Positions 25,048-37,414 of a DNA stretch of 64,000 nt are shown here, piece after piece; position 1 is the first letter of the stretch, and every line of letters begins with the position of its first letter. This DNA is from Octopus sinensis (lineage: Eukaryota). The stretch lies in assembly GCF_006345805.1 (NCBI RefSeq), contig NC_043013.1, positions 47,430,001 to 47,494,000 of the forward strand, read 5' to 3'. The notes under the pieces were generated by a model, which saw nothing but the letters and a program-made list of their open reading frames with translations, was not told the origin of the DNA and did no database searches. The translations under genes and the position numbers were made by a program.

Positions 25048-25252
25048 AGAGGAAAGGGTAAAAAAAGTAATACAAGAACTTCATGACTGGTTTGGCAAAA
25101 AAAAAATTACCATTCATGCAGAGAGAGAAATCTTCACCGCTGTTAGCCACGTGATAACTACGTCTACGTTTCGTTTTCCTAGATCTCATCAACGAGGCAT
25201 AGATTTCTTGAAGCCTGATTTTGATGAGATGAAACTTATTTTTAAAATGTAG
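25048..25252 (+). pseudogene. Possible decayed LINE RT fragment (downstream of YxDD)
   Basis: Stop-free frame EERVKKVIQELHDWFGKKKITIHAERE...GIDFLKPDFDEMKLIFKM loosely resembles the LxxWFxxNKLxxN...YLGxxFDxKLxF region of CR1/L2/Jockey RTs. It could instead be an exon: there is a CTCTCAG acceptor at the start. Confidence 0.3.
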
Positions 25253-25366
25253 AAAATAATTTGGAAAAATTTTGGCCAGTATAATCTGAATAAATAATAG
25301 AAGTGCGAACAGACAGACAGGCACACATTATAAAGGTAGGTACATGCATACATATACATACAAGAG

Positions 25367-25414
<48 letters not shown>

Positions 25415-25521
25415 GCGGTGCTCCAGCATGGCCACAGTCAAATGATGAAACACAGTAAAAGAGTAATAGAGATATAATTATATAATATATATAATATATA
25501 TATATATATAATATATATATC

Positions 25522-25571
<50 letters not shown>

Positions 25572-26143
25572 TCTTTACATATATATTATATATTTGTATA
25601 TATGTATCTAAATAATAAATTTGCATATATTTATATATACACATCCAACCACTCTCTCTTATGGTATATCTACGACCTCGCGCGCATACACGCTTGCACG
25701 CAGGAATATATATCGAGGAGAGGAAAAGGAACAAAGGTGGGGGGAAAATAACAAAGTTTGAAACAATCAGGTTTTTTTAAACCTGCCTTTATATTCCTGT
25801 ATGTCAATCTGTCTTTATATTCCTGTATGTATACGTATGTATAATATATATATACACGCGCCCACACACACATATTTATATATATTTACACATATATGTG
25901 TTTATATATGTGTGAGTGTTTATATATTTACAACATGCCTATACGCGCGCACGAAAAAAATTCGTTTGCAAACTACATTGATAATCCATTACATCAAATC
26001 ATGGCTACGTAACCGAATGCACGTTATTTTTACGCATCTCCATGAACCGAAACTCACAGCTTACTCGGTGACACGCGTCTATCATATACTTACCCAGATT
26101 TGAGTGGAGCTTGTTTACAATGCATTACGCAATAATTACTATA

Positions 26144-26180
<37 letters not shown>

Positions 26181-26476
26181 AGTAATATATTTCCATATTT
26201 TCAATATATAAGTTTCCTGTTTTGGAACGTGGCTTGAACAAACCTGCAATGCATATATATATATATATATATATATAATTATATATATATATATATATAA
26301 TATATATATATTAATATATTTATTTATATATATATATATATTTATTTATATATATGTATGTACATATGTTATGTATATATTTATATATATATTATAGATA
26401 TATATATATTACACACACACATATTATATATACATATTTATATATGTATATAGATATGTTATATATAATATATATA

Positions 26477-26538
<62 letters not shown>

Positions 26539-27563
26539 TGTATATACATAAATATATACATATGTACGGATACATACATGTATACGTACATACACCCACC
26601 CACACAATATATATAATATATATATATGCATGTATATATATATATATATACATACCCACATACATACATACACACATACACACATGCAGCCAGGTAGGCA
26701 TGCATATACACACACACAAGCTCTTCTGCTTGTCACAAAACACTCATACATCAATAAAACTCAAAGAACTTTCCTGTTTTCTCCTTAACAAAAAAAAAAA
26801 AATAAACGAATAAATAAAATGCATGTCGCTTCATATTAAATGGTGTCTGATTGAATGCTAAGCATTGCTATGTTTTTATGGAATTTTGTGTAAGGTGAAA
26901 ATAAACTTTGCAAAAAGCGTTTAGTAGCGATCATGACTTTCCCAGCTGTGCGGAGTGCATATAGTTGAAATGATTTCGCAGACTAAGCTAAGATACAGCT
27001 GGTTATTGTGGTGAAAATTGGATAAGTTGAGAACATGGTTGCAAAACTCATAGAATACAGACGAGTAGGAAATTATTTCACACTGACTATAATGTCACTC
27101 TGTAATTACTTCCGTAAGCCATTCTCTGGCGCAGTCTGTACCAAATTTGGTTTCCCCCTATACTGGGAATCAGTTATTTGGTTGTTTCTTTTGCTGCAAT
27201 GAGTGTGGCTATTTTCAATTGGTTCATGACTTATGTAAACATATATATATATTATAAAATAATAGCAAAACATATAGCCATGATTGGAAGATACACGGGA
27301 ACTTTAAACTTCTTCCAGTTCTCTTCTTATTTATATATAAATGCCACCAATATAAATTTTATATATTGGCAATGTCCATACAATCACTAGGATACAAATG
27401 ATATGTATGTATGTGTGTGTGTGCGTGTATATATACAGTATATATATAAATATATATGGTGTATATATATATGTATCTATATTTATATATATGTATGTGT
27501 ATATATATGTATATATAGGTATACATATGTAATATGTATACATATATATATATGTGTGTGATA

Positions 27564-27615
<52 letters not shown>

Positions 27616-27695
27616 TATAGACATACATACAAATTTATAAATAAATAAAGATATATATATATATACACACATACACATACATTCATACATACGTC

Positions 27696-28069
27696 ATTCG
27701 ACAAATTGAAAGTTGCACAAACACCAGAACGGGGTGCCATTGCATAACGCCAAAAATCGCTGCATTTGCATCAAAACACAGGATCAGAAATTGCAACAGT
27801 TTCGATTTCAAGGGCCCACACTCTTGAATGTCCTTATGAGGGACTCGCATGGTGTGGATGTAAGTGTCTTTAAAACAAAACTGGATCCCTTCTTGTCAAG
27901 GGTTCCAGATGATTCTACCTGACGTCAGGAAACACAGATGCGTGTAGCGGTATCAAACTCCCTCATTCACCAAATGCGACCACACCAGAGGAGGTTTGAG
28001 ATAATGATGTAGCACAGTAAAAAATTGGTGCCCCAGCATGACTGCAGCTTTGAAGCTGAAACAATATAA

Positions 28070-28070
<1 letters not shown>
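27696..28070 (+). mobile_element. 3' end of a CR1-group LINE (ORF2 C-terminus plus 3'UTR)
   Basis: ORF 27713-27922 contains FRFQGPTLLNVL...VFKTKLDPFLSRVPDD and continues past a stop as QMRVAVSNSLIHQM. The terminus TGGTGCCCCAGCATGACTGCAGCTTTGAAGCTGAAAC matches the family B SINE tail. Confidence 0.75.
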
Positions 28071-28124
<54 letters not shown>

Positions 28125-28219
28125 TATATATGAGAATTTGTAACAAGATTCCTGATCTGAAACCGTGCGTTGAAACAGATATTATTGTATTTTGGGATGG
28201 TTATATTTTTTTTATATTT

Positions 28220-28438
28220 TGCGTGGTCGTGTGGTAAGAAGATTTCTTTCCAGTCACATGGTTCCGGGTTCAGTCCCACTGCGTGGAACCTTGGAAAGTT
28301 AGTGGTTCAGCAAAAGAGGCCGATAGAATTAAAACTAGGCTTATAAAGCGTAAGTCCTGGGGTCGATTTCTTCGACTCAAGGCGGTACTCCAGCATGGTT
28401 GCAGTCAAAGGACTGCAACGTGTAAAAGAGTAGAAAAG

Positions 28439-28440
<2 letters not shown>
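28220..28440 (+). mobile_element. SINE family B with internal deletion
   Basis: Head GTGGTCGTGTGGTAAG...GGTTCAGTCCCACTGCGTGG is joined directly to the 3' core and tail. Confidence 0.7.
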
Positions 28441-28477
<37 letters not shown>

Positions 28478-29229
28478 ATGTGCAAATACATATATACAAT
28501 GATACATGTCGAAGGAATGAAATGGAAGCGCTCAATATGCGTTGTATAGGTTATGTTTTTTTATCATTAGTGAAGCTGAGAGTTCGTCTTGGGGTTCGAG
28601 TTTCAGGCAACTACGTCTGTGCATATATATATATATAAATATATATAATTACTATGGAGCTTTGTGTAGAATATATTGTATAAAAGATAGTGGTTAAGGC
28701 AACACAATGCGAAGTAAATGCAAAGTAAATCACAAGGAAACAAATACACGAATTAATGTAGATTTACCTTGTATTCAATATTTTGGGGTTATGACCCCAT
28801 TCTCAAGAAATAGACGAATGTTGCCGATGTTGATTACCTGCAACATTCATCCGAAATATTGAATACAAGGTAAGTCTACATTAATTCACATATTTGCATT
28901 CTTGTGCTTTACCTTGCATTTACTTCACTTTGTTTTGGTCTTACCCACGATCCTTTATACAATATATATATATATATATATGAAAACGTCGCACTGTATA
29001 AGGTTAATTGTTTCACACACGATATTGAGGTTATATGGATTTTATCACAATTCTAGGCAATTTGACATCAGGAAGATGTCACTGACCCACAACATCACTC
29101 TGTTTTGAGAACACATGGATTGCATGAAGGGTTCGAACTCGCTCACTTTTTGTAATATGGTAAAGCTTGCGAACGCATCTTTATAAAAAGCATGATACAC
29201 TTTCAAAATTGACTCATTAAGTATGAAAG

Positions 29230-30271
29230 GCACCCAAACTTACCCTCCTGTCATTCGTTTCCCGAAAGCAGTAAGCAGGCCAAGACTAACACGAAATCAG
29301 AGGGAGTAAGAGGGTCATTGCTAATGACTTGAACTGCAATATTCGGACAATTGAACCGCTGAAGGAACGTTACAAGGCCACAAACAGCATGGATGTCCGT
29401 CTACGCAGTGGCCGACTGAGGATTACAGGCCCACGTCAAGATCGCCACCTGCACTGGTAGCACTTGCAGGACCGATTTAGGAGTGCAATGGAATCAGCTA
29501 GGCAGACAATAGGGACCCACCACATACCCATTTGTGCAGAGACCGATTCGCTGACAGCTGAAATTTTTCAGCCTGTCTTGTTGACGTCCAGCTAGGGGGC
29601 ACATCCTCACAGATCGTCATCGAAGGGTACGTCTGCAGTGGGCTCAAAAACGTCAGAACTGGCGTTATCAGCAGTGGAGGACTGTAGTCTTCTCTGATGA
29701 AAGTCGATATTGCATTTCTGTGGGAGATGGCAGAGCTAGGGTTGGAGAAGAAGGGGTGAACGTCATTCCGATGGCTGTATGGTGGAGAGAGACTCATAGG
29801 GATGGCAGAGTATCATGGTATGGAGCGGGATTGTACTCAATAAGAAACCTGGAACGGTGGTCTTTCAAAACTTCGGTCAAGGCCTGGGCAATGGAGTAAC
29901 TGCTGCTCGCTAAATAGACCAAGTGTTGAGGCCTCACCTTGTGTCATACTTTGCATGTCATCGGAATCACGTGTTCCAACACAACAACGCCCGTGCCCAC
30001 ACTACCAAGTTGACAACAGACTTTCTCCAACAGCATTACATCCAGATACTGCCATGGCCTGCATTAAGTCCGGACTTGAACACCCTAGAGCACCTGTGAG
30101 ACAAAATCCAAAGAAGGCTAATTGGCATTCATCCAAGGCCGACAACAGCGGCACAACTCACTGCAAGTTTTAACAGAGTATGGACTGTTATCCCCATGGC
30201 TTTCATCAGTTGTTTGGTACAGGAGATGCCAGGCGGCAATCAACGCTAACGACGGTCACACCAGATATTGA
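29230..30271 (+). pseudogene. Near full-length Tc1 (DD34E) transposase pseudogene
   Basis: Reads RSGRLRITGPRQDR, RLQWAQKRQNW, WRTVVFSDESRY, SIMVWSGI, FQHNNARAHT, WPALSPDLNTLEHL*D and NDGHTRY* with several stops and frameshifts. TIRs not identified. Confidence 0.9.
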
Positions 30272-30824
30272 GTGCATCTATTTGGATCCAGGACACTCCA
30301 TCATCACGTGATACCATGTGACATCAAACATGTTCCAGGAAATGACGTTTTATCATTAGGAAAAAACGGTTTCTTAATTAGCACTCTTCAATCAATGCTA
30401 TGGCAGTCTGTTAATAAACTGGTTTCTATTTAGTATGTATGCGACTTTTATTTATAAACACACACACAGTGGAAGGAGAGGAAAGAAGCGAAATATGGCT
30501 GTGCGCAGGATGGGAGAGGCAACTAAAAGATCCTTTTGTTGGTTACAGGGCAAGAGAGAGAAATTAAGCTGGAGCCAGGAGGAGATGGGGAGCAGTGATT
30601 TGGCTGACCCACCTCTGCTGACCCACCTTTGAGTGGGTGTTACAGTTTAAGGCCGAGACACCCGATGATCGTAGGATACTGTCTGATAACAACAGTTTCA
30701 CCTAGCCAAGAATAAATCCTGGGGTCGATTTGCTCGACAAAAGGCGGTACTCCAGCATGGCCGCAGTCAAATGACTTGAAACAAGTAAAAGAGTAAAAGA
30801 GTATATATATATATATATATATAT

Positions 30825-30858
<34 letters not shown>

Positions 30859-32014
30859 CAATACACATAACGTGTGAAATATAATTAATTCAATAAAATT
30901 AATAAATTTCCCCTAGCAGTTTTTTCGGTATGGAAATGGCCATATTCGGTATGGATTATATTAATTATAATAAAGGGTTAATTGCAACAAGTTGCTCAAA
31001 ACCACATACCGAAAATATTAGAAATAGCAGCCAAATAGGTCACCATTTCTACTACTTTGGTGAGTGAAAAAAAGTACTTTTTTCTTGTTATCAACATATT
31101 TTAACATGCTTAAATTAAATGAAGTTCTAGGAATTTACATCTTAGTTTGAAGCTCAAAATACGAAAATAAATTATACTGGAGGGATACATCAGTGATGAT
31201 GGGGTAAGTTATAAACGTAGAAGAGTAGCTTAAAACGCTTTTAATGTTTAATCGATGATAACTTGCTGATAGTTTCTTGATAGAGATTCAAGATATATGA
31301 TACTAAGATATTCTTGTAACAACGTCATAAATCTGCTTGGTAGAAGATGAAGTTAACAATACAGGCGGCCATGAAAGGATTAGCCGCAGTTCAGTGAAGC
31401 TGTCAGTTTAATTTACAACTCAACGAATTCACTATAACTCGAAGATGTCGGAACATCATTTCACTATGTAAAGATATTCTCTTTGAGATTATCATTTATA
31501 ATTACTATAAGATCGTATCTTATTTTCACAGTTATTCATTAATTAATATTAAAATATAATAAATAATTAATAATAAAACATAATAATCTGCCACTAACCA
31601 TATAAGGTAACCGGAAATTATGTCCACGTATATCCATTCAATAGAATTATTAGAATATATAATGTCAACTTGAGAGAGGCTGTTTCATATTTTGCCGGTA
31701 TGCAGTTGATTTAATTAAAAGTGTCGCATAATTAAGGAGTAATTAAATTCTGATACAGTCTCTCGGATTTGTGATCAATTTTGGGCAGTTTTGTACGTTC
31801 ATACAATCAAACTGGGAATCATAAGAAATCGTGAATATTTCGGTGCCTAAAGTAACTAAAAACGAGTACAAGTTTGCAATTCTAGGATATTTATTTAGAA
31901 CATGGCTAAATATATATTACCATATAAACCAATGAACTTATAATTTCTGTTGTGTGTTTATTTGCTGAATAAATAATTACTGATATATTTTTATGGTATA
32001 CTTTTTTATTTTTT

Positions 32015-32227
32015 TAACTTTTTACTTGTTTCAAGTCATGTGACTGTGGCCTTGATGGAGCACCGCCTTTTGTCGAGCAAATCGACCCCAGGACTTATTC
32101 TTTGTAAGCCTAGTACTTATTCTATCGGTCTCTTTTGCCGAACCGCTAAGTTACGGGGACGTAGACACACCAGCATCGGTTGTCAAGCGATGCTGAGGGG
32201 GACAAACACAGACACACAGACATACCC

Positions 32228-32263
<36 letters not shown>

Positions 32264-33156
32264 AATTTGTATTTTCATTTGGCTTCTATACATATTCATA
32301 CATATATACAAATATATATATATATGTATGAATATAGGCGCAGGTGGGTTTAGAAGCTTGCCTCCCAACCACATAGTTCCGGCTTTAGCTGCATCTTGTG
32401 GCACCTTACTATATAGCCTCAGCTGGCCAAAGCCTTGTGGGTGTATTTGGTAGACGGAAACTGAAAGAAGCCTGTAGTATATGTGTGTGTGCGTATGTGT
32501 GTGTACGTGCCTGTATTTACCCCTACCATCGCTTGACAACTGATGGTGTGTTTACGTACTTGTAACTTAGCAGTTCGGCAAAATGGACCGATAATATAAA
32601 TGTTAGGCTTACAAAAAATAAGTAGTGGAGTCGATTTCTTCGACTAAAAACCCTCTAAGGCGGTGCTCCAGCACGGCCGCAATCAAATGACAGAAACAAA
32701 TAACAGGATAACAGACTATATAAACATATTCTTTTACTTGTTTCAGTCATTTGACTGTGACCATGCTGGAGCACCGCCTTTAGTCGAGCAAATCGACGCT
32801 AGGACTTATTCTTTGTAAGCCTAGTACTTATTCTATCGGTGTCTTTTGCTGAACCGCTAAGTTACGGGGACGTAAACACACCAGCATCGGTTGTCAAGCG
32901 ATGATGGGGGACAAACACAAACACATAAGCACACATAGACACACACACACATACATACACACACACACATATATAAATATATATACATATACACACATAT
33001 ACAACGGGCTTCTTTCAGTTTCCGTCTACCAAATCCACTCACAGGGCTTCGGTCGACCCAAAGCTACAGTAGAAGATACTTGCCCAAGTTGCCACGTAGT
33101 GGGAATGAACCCGGAACCATGTGGTTGGTAAGCAAGTTACTTACCACACAGCCACT
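32015..33156. mobile_element. Cluster of three family B SINEs (-, +, -)
   Basis: Approximately 32015-32225 (-, 3' half), 32335-32700 (+) and 32730-33156 (-). Confidence 0.8.
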
Positions 33157-33569
33157 AAATGTATGTATAAATATCTACACACACACACACACACACACAC
33201 TTATATATACATATGCATAAGTAAACGAAACCTTAATATCAGGATGTAAGCTTAATGATTCAAATTGTAATACTTTTCTTAACTTTAGTAATCAGTGTAT
33301 CTTCGTGTAATGTCTTTTAATTAACGTCTTCATGTTGATTTTTGAAACCAGTGTCCCCATAAATATTTTCCATATTCCTTTTGAATTTGTGCCAGTCGCT
33401 CACATCAATAGTTATGTCCCTATAATTATCACTTTCTTTGTATCTGTGGCTCCCTACACACGTATTTCATCTTCTGTTGACTTATATTTTGATTAGTGCA
33501 TTAACAGTCTTAATTTGGTCTCAAATATCCAAATAGGAGTTTGCGACTATACGTTATCATAGCTACTTT

Positions 33570-33945
33570 ATTTGTGTGTGTGTCTGCGCGTATTTGTATG
33601 CATTTGTGTGTGTGTTTGTGTGTGTGTGTGTATATGTATGTGTGTGTGTGTCCGTGTATGTGTGCGTGTCCGTGTATGTGTGTATGTGCGTGCGTATCCG
33701 TGTGTGTGTGTGCGCGCGCGTCCGTGTGTGTATGAGTGTGTGTGTGCGCGTGTCCGTGTATGTATGTGTGTGTGTGAGTGTGTGTGTGTGCGTGTCCGTG
33801 TGTGTGTGTGTGTGTGCATGCGTATCCGTGTGTGTGTGCGCGCGTGTCCGTGTGTGTATGTGTGTGTGTGAGTGTGTGTGTGAGTGTGTGTGTGTGCGTG
33901 TCCGTGTGTGTTGGTGCGTGTGTGTGTGCGTGCGTGCGTGTGTGT

Positions 33946-33978
<33 letters not shown>

Positions 33979-34025
33979 GTGCGTGTCCGTGTGTGTGTCT
34001 TTGTGTGTGTGCCCATGTGTGTGCA
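33570..34025. repeat. Degenerate (GT)n array with recurring GCGCG/GTCCGT interruptions
   Basis: Direct inspection. Confidence 0.9.
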
Positions 34026-34180
34026 GATGCAAATGAACCAAATCATCCTTATTAGGAAGTCTGTTAAGTGAATCTGCGAAATCGCATTTGTTCATTATAC
34101 TTATGAGCAAAGGTCATTCCAGTTTACTTACTTTTCGCGAAATGTTTACCGAATGTTCAAAGAAAAAAAGGCTGTGAGAT

Positions 34181-34895
34181 GACAGAAACTTTAGCACGCA
34201 GGTTAAAATACTTAGAAGCATTTCGTCTGTCTTTATGTTCTGAGTTCAATTTCCACCGAGGTCGACTTTACCTTACAATCTTTCGAACTCGATAAAATGG
34301 GTACCAGTCGAGATCTGAGGTCGACGTAATCGACTTGCGCCTTTCCTCAAAATTGCTGGCCCTGTGCCATAATTTGAAACCAATATTCACGGGAAAATAA
34401 AATAAGAGGAATCGCATATATATTCAGGGGTTTTCTCTTCACTATTATGGTATCCCTATTGTTCTCTTCAGCTGGTTGAATCGTTAGCATGCCGGACAAA
34501 ATTTTTTTGCGGCATTTCGTCCGTCCTCACCTTCTGAACAGAAATTCCGCCGAGGTCGGCTTTCATCCTTTCATTCTTTCTGGGTCGATAAAATAGGTAC
34601 CAGTTGAGTACTGGAATCGATGTTTCCGATTCATTCCCCTCCCCGAAACTGCCGGCCTTGTGCCAAAACTTGAAACTAAGGCGGAAAGCAGGCCGAAAAG
34701 TTTGCACGCTCGGAAAAATGCTTAACGGTATTTCGTCCGTCCTTACGTTTTGAATTCAAATTCTACCGATGTCGACATTACCTTTCATCCTTCTGGATCG
34801 ATAAAATAAGTACCGGTTGTGCATCTAGATCGATTTAATCGACTTAGCCACATCCCTCCAACTTACTGGCCTTGTTTCCAAACTTTGAAACCGAT
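34181..34895 (+). mobile_element. Three head-to-tail family A SINEs
   Basis: Approximately 34181-34385, 34468-34680 and 34700-34895, each with the core and a GAAAC tail. Confidence 0.75.
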
Positions 34896-35229
34896 ATTGT
34901 TCTCCTTGCGTTACCCATTGATTTCTTAAGGGAATCAGTGCCTTGTGGTATAATTTATTATTAAATCAATTAAATGTTGAACGCTATTTTAAGTGAGATA
35001 GAAAATAGAAACGGGAAATTTGAAAATGAGAATGAAATGAACTGAATAGAAACGAACTATTTGTAATATATAGTGTATGTATTAGTATCTCTCTTAGTTC
35101 TATTGGTATGTATTAGTATCTCTTTTAGTTCTATTGGTGTGTTTTTAATGTCTCTGTAGGTGCTTGCATAAAGAAATTTCTATGTGATAATTCCATGCTT
35201 TGGCTTGTGTTATATACTTATGGATACTT

Positions 35230-35461
35230 AAGGCGGCGAGCTGGCAGAAACGTTAGCACGCCGGGCGAAATGCATAGCCGTATTTCGTCTGCCGTTACGT
35301 TCTAGGTTCAAATTCCGCCGAGGTCGACTTTGCCTTTCATCCTTTCGAGGTCGATAAATTAAGTACCAGTTACGCACTGGGGTCAATGTAATCGACTTAA
35401 TCCGTTTGTCGGTCCCTGTTTGTCCCCTCTGTGTTTAGCCCCTTGTGGGTAGTAAAGAAAT
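35230..35461 (+). mobile_element. SINE family A, full length, well preserved
   Basis: AGGCGGCGAGCTGGCAGAAACGTTAGCACGCCGGGCGAAATG through GTAGTAAAGAAATA. Confidence 0.85.
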
Positions 35462-35469
35462 ATATATAC

Positions 35470-36900
35470 TTATGGATAAATGAATACACTGCAACAGTTT
35501 AATAACAATATAGTCGAAACAAACTGCAGTAACCACACGGAACGTAACAACAATCTTTTAAGAACTCTTTGGGCATACATCAGAATATCTTCACAAATTG
35601 AAAACCTTCTGGCATCTGAATATTTATTCTTTTTATTTTTTAAAGCTTCTTTTATTTTCGTGATATACTCATCACCTACAGCTTTCATTTTTATATCCTG
35701 TGCCGTCACTGGTAGTTCTTATATCTTGTCCCGTCACTACCATGTTTAAGATTTACCATAGTCTGACATTCTTCTGCGATGGTCTGTAGAGATAAATCCT
35801 TGTTCGCTTCCGAGAGAATCCTTGCCCGTTTTTTTTTCCCATCGTCAGGTGCTATAAGTCCTTACACGAATTCAAATTCTACCGAGGTCGACATTGCCTT
35901 TCATCCTTTCTGGATCGATAAAATAAGTACCAGTTGAGCACCTGGATCGATATAATCGACTTAGCCCCATCCCTCGACTTTACTGGACTTGTGATTTGAT
36001 TATATCCTGAGTGAGACCCTGGAGTTTTTGAAATTTTTGCACATACGGTTGACAACTCCGGTGTAGATGATAAAATTCTCCTCCTCATTTTTTGTAAAGT
36101 TCCAACACTCCACTCTGGTGTTAAATAATGGACTTCTGTTACAAAAGACTTTTGAAAGCAGTTCCACAGTTTCTTGGAAACCAATCTCACTCGACATTTT
36201 GGGCAGAATAAAGTTACAGTAACGCTCATGTTCAGCAGGAGCTACCTTGCATAGTAAAAACTTTACTTTCTGCTCCTCCAACCATGACTTACACTCATTG
36301 TTAAAAATTTCCTTGTATCTTCTATAATACGCGAGAAACGTTATACCCTCCTCCGGATTATACGTAAATTCAGAAATTGCGTTGGCCACGCCGCCTGGCG
36401 TAAACGAGCTTACTGGATTTTTGAATTTCGCCGACTGTAACTCACTTAATTGATGTTGTATTTGTTTTTGCAACTCCTGTAGTTTTTCCTGTTGCTTCTC
36501 TTGGAGTTACTGCAGCTAATAGGTTTTCCATGAAGCAGAAATTGTCAAATAACTAATGTGAGTTTCGAACGATCCTCGTCATCAGATGTTATAATCTTTA
36601 TGGAACGAATACACTGCGACAGCGTAATAATATAATTCAAACAAACGGCAGTAACCATACGTAACATAACAAACAATCGTTTAAGAACCAACAGTCCAAC
36701 ACAGTAACTCAAACTGTAAACTTTGAACTCCAGCTTTGAACTATCAACACACGAACTGTGGAACAATTTAAACCACAAGGGTTAAACAAAGAGGGACGAA
36801 CAACCTCTCTTACTCAGACCGCTACTATTTACATGTAGTGGTCCAGTCTATTCTCGCCAGGAGGCGTCATACTCTTGAACAACAGCATATTTTTGAATGT
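35470..36900 (-). mobile_element. Internally deleted Gypsy LTR element with a SINE insertion
   Basis: 5' LTR ends ...TAACA (36587), followed by PBS-like TCTGATGACGAGGAT and the gag ORF. A family A SINE piece sits at 35866-35995. A pol fragment (FSICEDILMYAQRV) is fused to a second LTR piece at 35480-35565 that resembles 36608-36690. Confidence 0.7.
36000..36473 (-). pseudogene. Gypsy gag N-terminal fragment
   Basis: ISEFTYNPEEGITFLAYYRRYKEIF...KVKFLL...EHERYCNFILPK...FQETVELLSKVF...LFNTRVEC, just downstream of the LTR and PBS; truncated by the SINE. Confidence 0.7.
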
Positions 36901-37373
36901 CAATAAGTTTTCCATGTATAAAGTTTAGAAAAGGTATTTTATTGCGCATGTCCAAGTTCTTTCGTTATAGTCTCTACTTGATGATATTCAGTATACTATT
37001 GTTTTCTAAGTCTGTAAATTATGAATCAATTGTCGTATGAAATATTCAAAATGCATGGTTATGTTGATGAATTTGCCCTTTACAATTGCTGGCGGACATA
37101 TTTATGTAACCAGTAACATTTTGATTAGTATTTCATGCGACAATGGCTGCGCATATAAAAGATTCGTCCTAGCGGTTTCCGTTTACTGTCATACACATTT
37201 GAAAACGTAAATTATATTTTCGTGCTGCTGATTTCAATTCTTCGTAATGTTTTTCTACTCTTCATGTATTATATATTGTAAATCTAATGAATGATGATAA
37301 GCATGGAAAAGATGAAAACGGACGGATAAGCTTTAACAAATATTGTATTAGTTTAGCACTTAAAAGAAAGGGA

Positions 37374-37414
37374 AGATTCTAACGTTTCGGATGTTAGACA
37401 TTCATCAGAAATAA
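37374..37414 (-). ncRNA. Minimal type I hammerhead motif
   Basis: UUU-CUGAUGA-AUGU/CUA/ACAU-CC-GAAAC-GUU-AGA. Intact core, palindromic AACGUU stem III, short stem I. Confidence 0.55.

Noticed and set aside
29694-29700. Other CTGATGA hits (29694, 54251, 36579-36585 on minus, 38185)
   Set aside because: Explained by coding SDE and ADD motifs or the Gypsy PBS, or lacking a downstream GAAA with stems.
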